Source: Armatimonadota bacterium
GTDB taxonomy: Bacteria > Armatimonadota > Fimbriimonadia > Fimbriimonadales > GBS-DC
NCBI GenBank assembly: GCA_037444405.1
Contig: JBBIML010000008.1
Location: forward strand, 1 to 64,000
Reading direction: 5' to 3'
Length of the DNA stretch: 64,000 nt
A program made the translations under genes and the position numbers. Of the stretch, positions 47,842 to 56,722 are shown one piece after another. Each line of letters begins with the position of its first letter. The stretch's first letter is position 1. Below the pieces are notes generated by a model. The model saw only the letters and a program-made list of their open reading frames with translations. It was not told the origin of the DNA and did not search any database.

Positions 47842-48823
47842 GGTCGAGAAACCCCTCTTTGTTCTGGGCGCACCATACCACATCGGCAAAGGTGGACAAG
47901 TCGGGCACTGGTGTGCTGACCACGGCACGACCCGCTGCCAGATACTCGTAGAGTTTGAGCGGGCTGGCGCCCAGCGTAATCGCGTTGTCCTTGAAGGGCA
48001 CAAGACACACATCCAGCCCCTTGAGATAGGCGGGTATCTGGTGATAAGGGCGTTGACCGATTAGATAGAGGTTGGACGGCAAATTGGTTGGATGCCAGTC
48101 AACCTTCGGACCTATTACCGCGAAGCTCCAATCAGGACGGCATCGTGCCAGGCTCAGCAAGAGATCGATGTCAATCCATTTGGGGTGGAGCCATCCTACA
48201 AAGCCGATTCGTGGTGAGGGCAGCGCCCTGAGATCAGCGGGAATCGGAGTTGAATCATGGAGCGCTTGAGCAAAAAAGGTAGTGTCCACAGCGTTTGGCA
48301 GCAGAACCGCCTCACGCCCGTTTCGCCGATGTTGCTCCTGCAGATAAGGCGAAACAACAAAAATCAGATCGGCTATCTGCTCCAGCGACCGTTCCAGCCT
48401 GGCAAGAGTAGCGTCCATCGCGCCGAAATCGTCCAGGCGGTGATAGCAGGTCAGCACAGGGCGAAGCATCCGATGGAGCCAGAGAGCCAGCTCGCTGTTA
48501 GAGACCCACAGCACCAGCGGCTCGGAGGTAAACGGGCGCAGTTGCCGCAAGCTGCGCCATCCTTCCAAAGCTATTTTTAGTGAGGAACGCCACCGACGCG
48601 GCACAAATCGCAACGCGCCGGGAGCAACCACCGAAAGCACCCGTATGTTGGCTTCAGAAAGACGCCAGCGAGCCGATTCACGACGCCACAGCAACCACTG
48701 CGTGCCCGACATCAATGGATTAAGGTAGATTACAGGCACATGACGCGCCAGCGCCATAGAAAGGTGGTAGGGCGTGCCCCTATCCGGGCGAAACACCACA
48801 TGTCCCACATGCACGATTACCAT
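47666..48823 (-). CDS. GT-B glycosyltransferase (TuaH-like)
   Basis: YHRLDD, LPNAVD, PRIGFVG, SPLKLYEYLAAG, HSWERR. Confidence 0.85.
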   Translation of the reverse strand: MVIVHVGHVVFRPDRGTPYHLSMALARHVPVIYLNPLMSGTQWLLWRRESARWRLSEANIRVLSVVAPGALRFVPRRWRSSLKIALEGWRSLRQLRPFTSEPLVLWVSNSELALWLHRMLRPVLTCYHRLDDFGAMDATLARLERSLEQIADLIFVVSPYLQEQHRRNGREAVLLPNAVDTTFFAQALHDSTPIPADLRALPSPRIGFVGWLHPKWIDIDLLLSLARCRPDWSFAVIGPKVDWHPTNLPSNLYLIGQRPYHQIPAYLKGLDVCLVPFKDNAITLGASPLKLYEYLAAGRAVVSTPVPDLSTFADVVWCAQNKEGFLDLIEEALQTAHDPVLQRQRLEAVAPHSWERRAEFAIQHIEKQLAKRSTVHSPAVIPRAP

Positions 48824-48853
48824 TGCCCTACAGCCGATCTCCGCTTTTGTGAT

Positions 48854-49489
48854 TCAGACCCGATAAGCTAGCAGCACGCCGTCGCGAACAGGCACAAGGC
48901 TGGTGATAAAGTCAGGGTCGGCGAGCAGCATGCGAGTGAGCGTGCGCACGCCTTCGGTGGCAGGCGAGCGGTTCTCCAGGTCAAAAATCTCCCCATGCCG
49001 CAGCGCGTTATCCACCAGCAGCAAACCGCCTGAGCGCAACTTCGGCTTGATGGCAGGTAGAGAGTCGGGATACATCTGCTTGTCGATATCGTTGAAGATG
49101 ATATCGAACGGTCCTTCGGTGCGTTGCAGGCAAGCGATGGCTTCGCTCACCTCGAAGCGCACGAGATCCGCCAGCCCCAGCTGTCCCAGATATTCGCGGG
49201 CATCGCGCGAGAGCGACTCGTCCCACACCACATGATAGACCTCGCCACCGCCGTTCTCGCGCACGCCCATCGCGAACCAGGCGGTGGAATAGCCGTAGCC
49301 TGAACCCAGTTCGAACACGCGCCGCGCCCCTGTCAGGCGGGTCAGCAGATAGAACAGATGCCCCACCACGGGACCCACTATCGGGAAGCGCGTTTCGGCT
49401 GCCCGGCGCTCCATCTCCTGCAGAACGGGATGGCGTACCGGCACCAGCGACTCCAAATACGGCATCAGCTGCGGATGATAGAGTTCCAT
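48854..49489 (-). CDS. SAM-dependent O-methyltransferase
   Basis: ELGSGYGYS, FDIIFNDIDK, LLVDN, PVRDG. Confidence 0.9.
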   Translation of the reverse strand: MELYHPQLMPYLESLVPVRHPVLQEMERRAAETRFPIVGPVVGHLFYLLTRLTGARRVFELGSGYGYSTAWFAMGVRENGGGEVYHVVWDESLSRDAREYLGQLGLADLVRFEVSEAIACLQRTEGPFDIIFNDIDKQMYPDSLPAIKPKLRSGGLLLVDNALRHGEIFDLENRSPATEGVRTLTRMLLADPDFITSLVPVRDGVLLAYRV

Positions 49490-49491
49490 GG

Positions 49492-50337
49492 CTAAAACCC
49501 GAACAGTGTTTCGACGGCGCCCGACGGGCGAATGTCAAAATATTTACGCACCCCGTACGATTCGCACACCTTCATCAGCTCCACATCGGCATTAATGAGC
49601 TTCTGATCCACATCGGATTGAGCCGTGCCGCGCATATTCATCAGGCGGTTGAGGTCCTGCTTCTGCATGGCGTCTTCGATCTGGAGCATGAAGGTAACAT
49701 AGCTGCTGAGCGCAGCGTCGTAGGTGTCGGCTAACACGCGGCACTCAGCGGGCGGCGGCACAGAGCGATATTCGCGCAGCAGCCCTGCCCAATCCTGCTG
49801 ATAACGCTGATAGCCCTGCTGCAGGTTTTGCATTTTTTCCTGTTGCTTCTCCTCGTCCAGTTCCAGTTTGAGCGCTAAGGCGTCTTTAAGCATTTCCAGC
49901 GCGGGATTGAAGTTGCGCTCCATCGTGCGGCGTTTCATCTCGATGCGGCGCAGGTGTTCGAGCCAGTTGATAACATGCTGGGGCGCCTGTTTGGGCTGGG
50001 GCGTCTCGGTTTGCAGCACGCTGGGACCCGACGGCTTTGGCGCTTCGGCTTGCAGCACGCTGGGCGCTGGGGGCTTGGGCGCCTCCGCCTCCAGCACGCT
50101 GGGACCCGCAGGCTTTTTCACCTGCGCCCGGGTGAGCAGTCCGCTGCGGATGCCGATGAAGGCGACAGCCCCCAGCAGCACCAGCACTCCCAACGCGAGC
50201 GCGAGCCACCGGAGTGCGCGACTACTGCTGGAGCTAACGGGCGGGCTGCTCATCAGCGTGGCTGTGAGCGGGCGACCGCAGCGCAGACAGAACTGCGCGT
50301 TCTCTGGCAACGGCTGCCGACAGTTCGGACATTGCAC
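49492..50337 (-). CDS. Zinc-ribbon, single-TM protein with Pro-rich repeats
   Basis: CPNC...FCLRCG, TM helix, three PSVL(E/Q) repeats, helical C-terminal domain. Confidence 0.75.
   Translation of the reverse strand: MQCPNCRQPLPENAQFCLRCGRPLTATLMSSPPVSSSSSRALRWLALALGVLVLLGAVAFIGIRSGLLTRAQVKKPAGPSVLEAEAPKPPAPSVLQAEAPKPSGPSVLQTETPQPKQAPQHVINWLEHLRRIEMKRRTMERNFNPALEMLKDALALKLELDEEKQQEKMQNLQQGYQRYQQDWAGLLREYRSVPPPAECRVLADTYDAALSSYVTFMLQIEDAMQKQDLNRLMNMRGTAQSDVDQKLINADVELMKVCESYGVRKYFDIRPSGAVETLFGF
49991..50114. repeat. 39-bp coding tandem repeat, about 3 units
   Basis: CAGCACGCTGGG recurs with a 39-nt period (units starting near 50011, 50050, 50089). Confidence 0.8.
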
Positions 50338-50410
50338 TTTGCATGCACCTCCACTGGTTGGACTGCCCCATTATACCCGCTGTTCCGCTTCTTGAGGAGC
50401 GGAAAAGTTT

Positions 50411-50713
50411 TCAGAACTTCCATTGGCATAGCGGCATGCAGACACGTCCCCGCTCGTCAAAGGGCACGCCTTCCGCCTGCAGATGGGCGCGCTGGAGATT
50501 CGCCAGCATCGGGTCGCGGCGGGCGATGCGCAAAGTGCCGTCCGCGCCCACCACGCGCCACCAGGGCACATCGTCGGGCGCCAGCGCCATCCATCGCCCG
50601 ACCTGACGCGCACTCAAGGCAGGGAACTGCTCTGCAATCTGCCCATAGCTGACCACGCGCCCTGCTGGCACCTTCCGCACCAGCGCATATACCTGCTCCG
50701 CCAGGCTTTGCAC
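50411..50713 (-). CDS. Alkyltransferase-like (ATL/MGMT family) protein
   Basis: VPAGRVVSYGQIA, ARQVG, VPWWRVV (Trp in place of the catalytic Cys). Confidence 0.88.
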   Translation of the reverse strand: MQSLAEQVYALVRKVPAGRVVSYGQIAEQFPALSARQVGRWMALAPDDVPWWRVVGADGTLRIARRDPMLANLQRAHLQAEGVPFDERGRVCMPLCQWKF

Positions 50714-50744
50714 CGTTCGGCTCGAAGGGGTATCATACCCGCTG

Positions 50745-51767
50745 ATGGCACGCTATCGGCTGGTGGAGCTGGCAGAACATGTGCGCGGCGTGGTGCGGGG
50801 CGATCCCGACCTGATGATTACGGGCATCAGCGGGCTGTCCGATGTGGCAGAAGGCGGCTTGACCTTCGCGGAAGATGAGCGCAACCTGCGCCTCGCGCTC
50901 CAGTCGCCCGCCGCCGCGATTATAACCCGCCCGAACCTGGTGGAGAACCTGCGCTGTGAGAAGAGCCTGCTGCTCCATCCCCTGCCGCGACTGGCATTTG
51001 CCCACCTGCTGACACTCTTCAACCCTTTTGAGACCCCTGCGCCTGGCATTCACCCGACGGTCGTGATGGGCGACGATTGCGAGCTGGGCGACGAGGTGGC
51101 GCTGATGCCCTATGTGGTGCTGGGCAATCGCGTGCGACTCGGTTCGCGCGTGCGGGTCTATCCCTTCTGTTATATCGGCGACGATGTGCAGATTGGCGAC
51201 GACACAGTGTTGTACCCGCATGTGGTGGTCATGCCACGCGTGCAGATTGGTCAGCGCGTGATTGTCCACCCGGGCGCCGTCATTGGCGGCGACGGCTTCG
51301 GCTATGTGCAACACGAGGGCGTCCACCACAAAATCCCGCAGATTGGCACAGTGATTATCGAGGACGATGTGGAAATCGGTTGCAACACCTGCATCGATCG
51401 GGCAACGACAGGGGCAACCCATGTCGGGCGCGGCACCAAAATCGATAATCTGGTGCAGATTGCGCACAATGTGGAGATTGGCGAGCATTGCCTGCTGGTG
51501 TCGCAGGTGGGGATTGCGGGCAGCACGGTGCTGGAAGACCATGTGGTGCTGGCGGGGCAGGTGGGTGTGAAGGACCATGTGCGCATCGGGCGCGGCGCGG
51601 TGGTGGGCGCACAGGGCGGTGTGTCCAAAAACCTGCCCCCGAACGGCGTCTACTGGGGCACGCCCGCGATTGCCCACCGCGAATGGCTACAGATTCTGGC
51701 GCATCTTTATAAACTGCCCGAACTGGTCAAGCGCGTGGACGAGCTGGAGAAAAAGGTCGGGCGATAA
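50745..51767 (+). CDS. lpxD: UDP-3-O-acylglucosamine N-acyltransferase
   Basis: Hexapeptide repeats, GGDGFGY, KIPQIG, KIDNLVQIAHN. Confidence 0.94.
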   Translation: MARYRLVELAEHVRGVVRGDPDLMITGISGLSDVAEGGLTFAEDERNLRLALQSPAAAIITRPNLVENLRCEKSLLLHPLPRLAFAHLLTLFNPFETPAPGIHPTVVMGDDCELGDEVALMPYVVLGNRVRLGSRVRVYPFCYIGDDVQIGDDTVLYPHVVVMPRVQIGQRVIVHPGAVIGGDGFGYVQHEGVHHKIPQIGTVIIEDDVEIGCNTCIDRATTGATHVGRGTKIDNLVQIAHNVEIGEHCLLVSQVGIAGSTVLEDHVVLAGQVGVKDHVRIGRGAVVGAQGGVSKNLPPNGVYWGTPAIAHREWLQILAHLYKLPELVKRVDELEKKVGR

Positions 51768-51856
51768 CCCCAAAACCCGTATTTTGACCGAAAAGAGTTG
51801 CCCATCGGCACGGCAGAATCCTCCATAGCATATCACTTTCAGGGGAGGCTGTGACG

Positions 51857-52063
51857 ATGAGCTTCAAGGAAGCCCAGCAGTATGTTGGCACCACCTGCGA
51901 GGTGGCATGGCGCAACCGCCACGGGGAGATTCAGACGAAGCAGGTATTCGTGACCGATGTGACCTTCGTGCCGCTCTACGGGCTGTGCCTCATCACCGAT
52001 TACGGCGAGATACGGCTCGACCGCATCGTGAATGTGAATGTGCTGGAACGCAAGGCGGCATGA
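51857..52063 (+). CDS. Small hypothetical beta-barrel protein
   Basis: GGAGG upstream; host-like codon usage; ends GEIRLDRIV...RKAA. Confidence 0.65.
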   Translation: MSFKEAQQYVGTTCEVAWRNRHGEIQTKQVFVTDVTFVPLYGLCLITDYGEIRLDRIVNVNVLERKAA

Positions 52064-52068
52064 TTTTT

Positions 52069-52124
52069 GTGGGGCTGGAGTGTCCTGTTCAAGAAGCCTT
52101 TGGGATGAGATGCTCCAGCCGCAC
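52069..52124. terminator. Inverted repeat between convergent genes
   Basis: GTGGGGCTGGAG...CTCCAGCCGCAC. Confidence 0.45.
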
Positions 52125-52126
52125 CA

Positions 52127-53173
52127 CTAACTCTCTTCACTTAGCAGCTGGATAAAGAGCGTTTCGGTGAGCAGCTGGGGGTTCGCGTTGCGCAGGATGG
52201 CGCGGCGCGCCTCCACGATGGCGGTCAGATCGCGCAGGCGGCGGTCGGGCGTGAAGCGGCGAGCCAGCTGCATCAGCGATTCGCGCGTCCCCTGCTGCAG
52301 CGCCCCCACCAGGCTGTCGCGATACCAGCGCAGCAAGTAGTCCAGCCCGAGCGCCAGTGCGCTGCGTGCGGAGCGGTCGGGCGTGCTGGCTTCTAACTGC
52401 CTGCACGCCTCCCGAAACCGCTCGGCAAGGTGGAGCGCGTCGGGCAAAGATGCCTGCGCAAGGTGGGCAAACAGCGCGTGCAGGGTCTGCACGGCGTGCC
52501 ATTCCGAGTCGCGCTGGCGTGCGGACGGCTCGCCGAGCGATTCTGCCCAGCGGACAGCTCGCCCCGGCGCGCCCTCCGCCAGCATCGCCAGCTGCCGTGC
52601 CAACTCTGGCTCCAGCCCGAACCGCGCCTGCAACCGCGCTGCCAGTTCATCAACAGGCAGGGTCGCCAGCCGAAGAATGCGGCAGCGGGAGCGGATCGTC
52701 GTTAGCAGCAGGTCGCTGGCGGTGGTAGTCAACATGAAGGCGTAGCGTTCGGGCGGCTCCTCCAGCGTTTTGAGCAGGGCGTTCGCGGCTGCAGGGTTCA
52801 GACGGTGCGCCTCCTCCACAATCACGATTCGGAACGGTGCGAGCGCGGGCGCAAAGCCCATCCACTGCCGAACCTCGCGCACAGCGTCGATTTTAATTTG
52901 GTCCGGATCGGGGCGCAACACGCGCACATCGGGATGCTGCCCTTCCTCGGACCAGCGCAGACACACGGCGCAGGCGGCGCAGTGCCCCTCGGGTGTGCGA
53001 TTCGGGCAGAGCCACGCGGCGGCGAGGGCGTATGCCAGCGTGCGCTTGCCGACACCTTCCGCTCCCACCAGCAGCAACGCATGGGGCGGCTGCGGTCGAC
53101 TCAGCAGCCGCTGGATGACCACCACCGTCGCCTCTGGCGCCAGCCATAACTCACCGAACCGTTGTGGGCACAT
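52127..53173 (-). CDS. holB: DNA polymerase III delta-prime subunit
   Basis: HALLLVG..GVGK, Zn-binding Cys cluster, HPDV, AANALLKTLEEPP, TIRSRC. Confidence 0.92.
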   Translation of the reverse strand: MCPQRFGELWLAPEATVVVIQRLLSRPQPPHALLLVGAEGVGKRTLAYALAAAWLCPNRTPEGHCAACAVCLRWSEEGQHPDVRVLRPDPDQIKIDAVREVRQWMGFAPALAPFRIVIVEEAHRLNPAAANALLKTLEEPPERYAFMLTTTASDLLLTTIRSRCRILRLATLPVDELAARLQARFGLEPELARQLAMLAEGAPGRAVRWAESLGEPSARQRDSEWHAVQTLHALFAHLAQASLPDALHLAERFREACRQLEASTPDRSARSALALGLDYLLRWYRDSLVGALQQGTRESLMQLARRFTPDRRLRDLTAIVEARRAILRNANPQLLTETLFIQLLSEES

Positions 53174-53185
53174 AAAGGATAACTT

Positions 53186-54151
53186 TCAACGGGAACCCTG
53201 TACCACCACATCGGCGAGCGGGCGACCCTCGATGAAGCGCAACACATTCTGGATCACGCCCTGTGCGATGCGCCCCTGCGCCTCCTGCGTGACGCCCGCG
53301 CCGTGCGGGGTCAGAATCACATTTGGCAACTTCAGCAGGGGATGGTCGGGAGGCGGCGGCTCCGTCGAGAAGACATCGATCGCGGCGCCGCCAAGATGGG
53401 TCTGCAGCGCTTCCACGAGAGCCTGCTCGTCCACCAGCTCCGCCCGCGCCGTGTTGATGAGAAACGCGCCCCGCTTCATTCGGAAGAGCCGCTCGCGATG
53501 GAGTATCCCGCGCGTCTCCGGCGTCAACGGCAAATGCAGGCTCACAATATCGCTTTCGGCGAGCAGGCTGTCCAAATCGAGCAGGGTTGCGCCCAGCGCG
53601 TCTTCCTGATCGGGGGTCAGGGGCTGCGCGTCGTAGTAGAAGAGCGTGACGCCGAAGGGCAAGAGTCGTGCGGCGACCGCGCGCCCGATGCGTCCCATGC
53701 CGACGATGCCCACCGTTTTGCCCTGCAGGTCGCGTGCGTGCGCCATCCAGTAGGGCAGCGCCCACTCGCCCCGCGCCATCTGGTTATGCGCGGGGATCAG
53801 CCCTCTCATTAATGCGAGCGCGACCATCACCACATGCTCGGCGACGCAGACCGTGTTCGCGCCCGTGACGGCAGCGACCGTGATGCCCAGCTCGCGCGCC
53901 GCCTCGATATCCACATGGTCTGTGCCGACGCCCGCCACCTGAATAAAACGCAAACGGCTTGCCCGCTGAAGCATCGCGCGCGTGAGGGGCGTGAATGCGG
54001 TCGAAATCAGCACCTCCGCATCGGGCAGGTGCGGCTCCAGCTCGTCGGCGTTCGTTGCCAGCTCCACCGTATGACCCTGAAACAGCGCACGCACCATGCC
54101 AATCTGCGCCTGCACCTGCTCCGACGCAGGCAGAATCGCCACCACTTTCAT
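53186..54151 (-). CDS. D-isomer-specific 2-hydroxyacid dehydrogenase
   Basis: GIVGMGRIG, SLHLPL, INTAR, DVFSTEP, TPH. Confidence 0.92.
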   Translation of the reverse strand: MKVVAILPASEQVQAQIGMVRALFQGHTVELATNADELEPHLPDAEVLISTAFTPLTRAMLQRASRLRFIQVAGVGTDHVDIEAARELGITVAAVTGANTVCVAEHVVMVALALMRGLIPAHNQMARGEWALPYWMAHARDLQGKTVGIVGMGRIGRAVAARLLPFGVTLFYYDAQPLTPDQEDALGATLLDLDSLLAESDIVSLHLPLTPETRGILHRERLFRMKRGAFLINTARAELVDEQALVEALQTHLGGAAIDVFSTEPPPPDHPLLKLPNVILTPHGAGVTQEAQGRIAQGVIQNVLRFIEGRPLADVVVQGSR

Positions 54152-54191
54152 CGTTCACCTCCAGCGTTGAGTTCGCGCCTTCCGAAGTTCG

Positions 54192-55013
54192 TCAGCGGGT
54201 ATTCTCTTCCTGCAGATTCTCAAACCACTCGCGCAGGGGCGCAATCAGCGCGTGTGCGGTGAAGTCAAGATGGATGGGCGTGATGGAGATGTAGCCTCGC
54301 GCGACGGCGTACACATCGGTGCCCGGCTGGTCGCGCTCCTCGATCAGGCTGCCGCTGAGCCAGTAGTAGGGTCGCCCCGCAGGGTCGATGCGCTCCTCGA
54401 TGCGGTCGGCATACTGGCGCTTGCCCAGCGCGGTGACCTGAAAGCCTTTGATCTCGCTGAGCGGTCGGTTCGGCACATTCACATTCAGGAAGGTGTGTTC
54501 AGGCAGGTGATGCTGGCTCAACGCCCGCGCGATGCGATAGGCGGCTTCGGCAGCGGTTTCATAGTGCAAGGTGAGCGGAGTGGCTGACTCGTTGTTCGCG
54601 CGGGCAACTGGCAGTGCTTCTTCGGCTGCCAGCGAGATGGCGAAGGCGTTAATGCCATGCACAGCGCCCTCAATCGCCGCGGCGACCGTGCCCGAATAGG
54701 TCAGATCCCAGCCCAGATTGGGACCCGCATTGATGCCCGACACCACCAGGTCGACCTGATGGTTCATCACGGCGTGCGCGCCCAGCGTCACGCAGTCGGT
54801 CGGCGTGCCGTTGGTGGCGTAGGCAAGGGTTCCGTCGGACAGATGCACGCGATGCAGGCGCAGGGGCTTGTGCAGCGTGATGGCGTGCCCCATCGCACTG
54901 CGGGGGCGATCGGGCGCGACGATAAACACCTCGCCCAGCGCACGCAACCGCGCCGCCAGCACACGAATGCCCTCCGCATAAACCCCATCATCGTTCGTGA
55001 TAAGAATACGCAT
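54192..55013 (-). CDS. surE: 5'/3'-nucleotidase SurE
   Basis: ILITNDDG, GTPTDCV, SGINAGPNLG, YSGTV. Confidence 0.96.
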   Translation of the reverse strand: MRILITNDDGVYAEGIRVLAARLRALGEVFIVAPDRPRSAMGHAITLHKPLRLHRVHLSDGTLAYATNGTPTDCVTLGAHAVMNHQVDLVVSGINAGPNLGWDLTYSGTVAAAIEGAVHGINAFAISLAAEEALPVARANNESATPLTLHYETAAEAAYRIARALSQHHLPEHTFLNVNVPNRPLSEIKGFQVTALGKRQYADRIEERIDPAGRPYYWLSGSLIEERDQPGTDVYAVARGYISITPIHLDFTAHALIAPLREWFENLQEENTR

Positions 55014-55823
55014 TTATTCTGCGACTTCTGCAATCACGCGGTCGGGGATCAGCCCCAGCCACTTCTTCAGGCGATAGATGGTCGTGTCGCGATTAAGTTC
55101 GGCAATTGCGCGAGTGATCGGGATGCCTTTCGGGCAGACCTTCACGCAGTTCTGCGCGTTGCCGCAGCCCGTGATGCCCTCCGGACCCGAGATTGCCTCC
55201 AGCCGCTCATGCTCCAGCGTCGCGCCCACGGGGTGCAGGTTGAACAGTTTCACCTGCGTCAGCGGTGCTGGACCGATAAACGCTGACCGCTCGTTATATT
55301 GCGGGCATGCCTCCATACAGCAGCCGCAGGTCATACAGCGGGCGAAGGCGTAGCGCAGCTCCCGAATCCGATCGTCGATGCGCGGACCCGGACCCAGATC
55401 GTGCGTGCCATCGATGGGAATCCATGCCTGAATCTTCTTCAGCGCTTCGAACATTCGGCTGCGATCCACAATCAGGTCGCGCACGATGGGGAACTTGCTC
55501 ATCGGCTCCAGCGTGATTTCGATGGTGTCGCCACTGCGAACGCCAACATGGTCAATCAGGGCGGAGCATGCCTGCCGCACTTTGCCGTTGATGACCATCG
55601 TGCAGGTGCCACACACCTCTTCGAGGCAAGCCGCTTCCCATGCGGGGGGTGAGGTCGGTTTGCCGCTGGCATCGACAGGCTTGCGCTGAATCTCCATCAG
55701 GCAGGAGATGACATTCAGGTTAGGGCGGTAGGGCAGTTCGAACTCCTGCCAGTAGGGCTTGCTGTCGGGCGAGTCCTGCCGACGCACCTTCAGACGAACC
55801 GTTCGAATTGACAGGTCCTGCAT
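55014..55823 (-). CDS. sdhB: Succinate dehydrogenase iron-sulfur subunit
   Basis: CLEEVCGTC, CMTCGCCMEACP, CGNAQNCVKVCP. Confidence 0.94.
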   Translation of the reverse strand: MQDLSIRTVRLKVRRQDSPDSKPYWQEFELPYRPNLNVISCLMEIQRKPVDASGKPTSPPAWEAACLEEVCGTCTMVINGKVRQACSALIDHVGVRSGDTIEITLEPMSKFPIVRDLIVDRSRMFEALKKIQAWIPIDGTHDLGPGPRIDDRIRELRYAFARCMTCGCCMEACPQYNERSAFIGPAPLTQVKLFNLHPVGATLEHERLEAISGPEGITGCGNAQNCVKVCPKGIPITRAIAELNRDTTIYRLKKWLGLIPDRVIAEVAE

Positions 55824-56006
55824 AGCGTCACCTCTGAGGCAATTATACCTGTTGCGGGCGGGTCAGGTGGCAGACCATTCGGGCATTCTGCTCACGCTCC
55901 CAGCTCTGCTAACGCTGGCTGCTCTCTGGATGATCCTGCCGGGAAGCCGATAATCGGGTATAGATGGCGGACGAGGAGCGTACGGAGCAGGATTGTGTTC
56001 TAACTA

Positions 56007-56354
56007 TCAGCGCTCTATCTCATTCAATAAGGTGCGTATCACAGACAACAGGTGTGGCAGGTGTTCATGAATTGCCTGCCACACAATTTCGTCATCCACA
56101 ATATCGTAGCCATGAGCCAACACATTACGAAAGTCGATAACACGGCGTGCATCAGGAATTTGGTCGAAGAGGTTGGGTTCGTGACGCGCTAATCGTGCCA
56201 GCGCCTCACCGATGATTTCGAATTGCCGCTCTACCGCCGAGCGTAGCAGTGCGCTGGCAACATACTCGTCAAAAGAGACTCCAGCCACAAACTGCTGGAT
56301 GCGCTCGCCTGCTGACAGGATGTCACTCAGCAGTCCCGCGGTTCGGTTGTTCAT
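56007..56354 (-). CDS. HepT-like HEPN ribonuclease toxin (DUF86)
   Basis: AVERQFEIIGEA, RNVLAHGY (RX4HXY). Confidence 0.92.
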   Translation of the reverse strand: MNNRTAGLLSDILSAGERIQQFVAGVSFDEYVASALLRSAVERQFEIIGEALARLARHEPNLFDQIPDARRVIDFRNVLAHGYDIVDDEIVWQAIHEHLPHLLSVIRTLLNEIER

Positions 56355-56652
56355 AAAGCACCACTCGCCGACGCTCTACCTCGCGCCGAAAGTAGGGGTT
56401 GCGGATAGCCCGCTCCATCAGGAGATCCACAGGGCGCTGGAATAACTGCTCCAGGGCCTGCTTCAGATCAAAGTAGCGGTCAAAAAGTTGCTCGCGCCCT
56501 ACGAACTCCACCAGCAGGTCGATGTCGCTCCGCTCGGGATCGAACTCGGCTTCGGAGGTTGCCGACCCGATTAGCTCCAGTCGCGCGACGCGATATTGCT
56601 GACATAGTTTTTCAATCTGTTCCCGATGCTGCTGAACAAGGCTGACAGGCAT
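56323..56652 (-). CDS. Minimal nucleotidyltransferase (MntA-like antitoxin)
   Basis: IGSA...SDIDLLV, RPVDL, NPYF. Confidence 0.9.
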   Translation of the reverse strand: MPVSLVQQHREQIEKLCQQYRVARLELIGSATSEAEFDPERSDIDLLVEFVGREQLFDRYFDLKQALEQLFQRPVDLLMERAIRNPYFRREVERRRVVLYEQPNRGTAE

Positions 56653-56722
56653 CGCTCTAAATATACCCGCTTGCTAACGGTGTGGTGAGAAGTGCCTTCC
56701 CTGTGCCGATAATCGGGTATAG

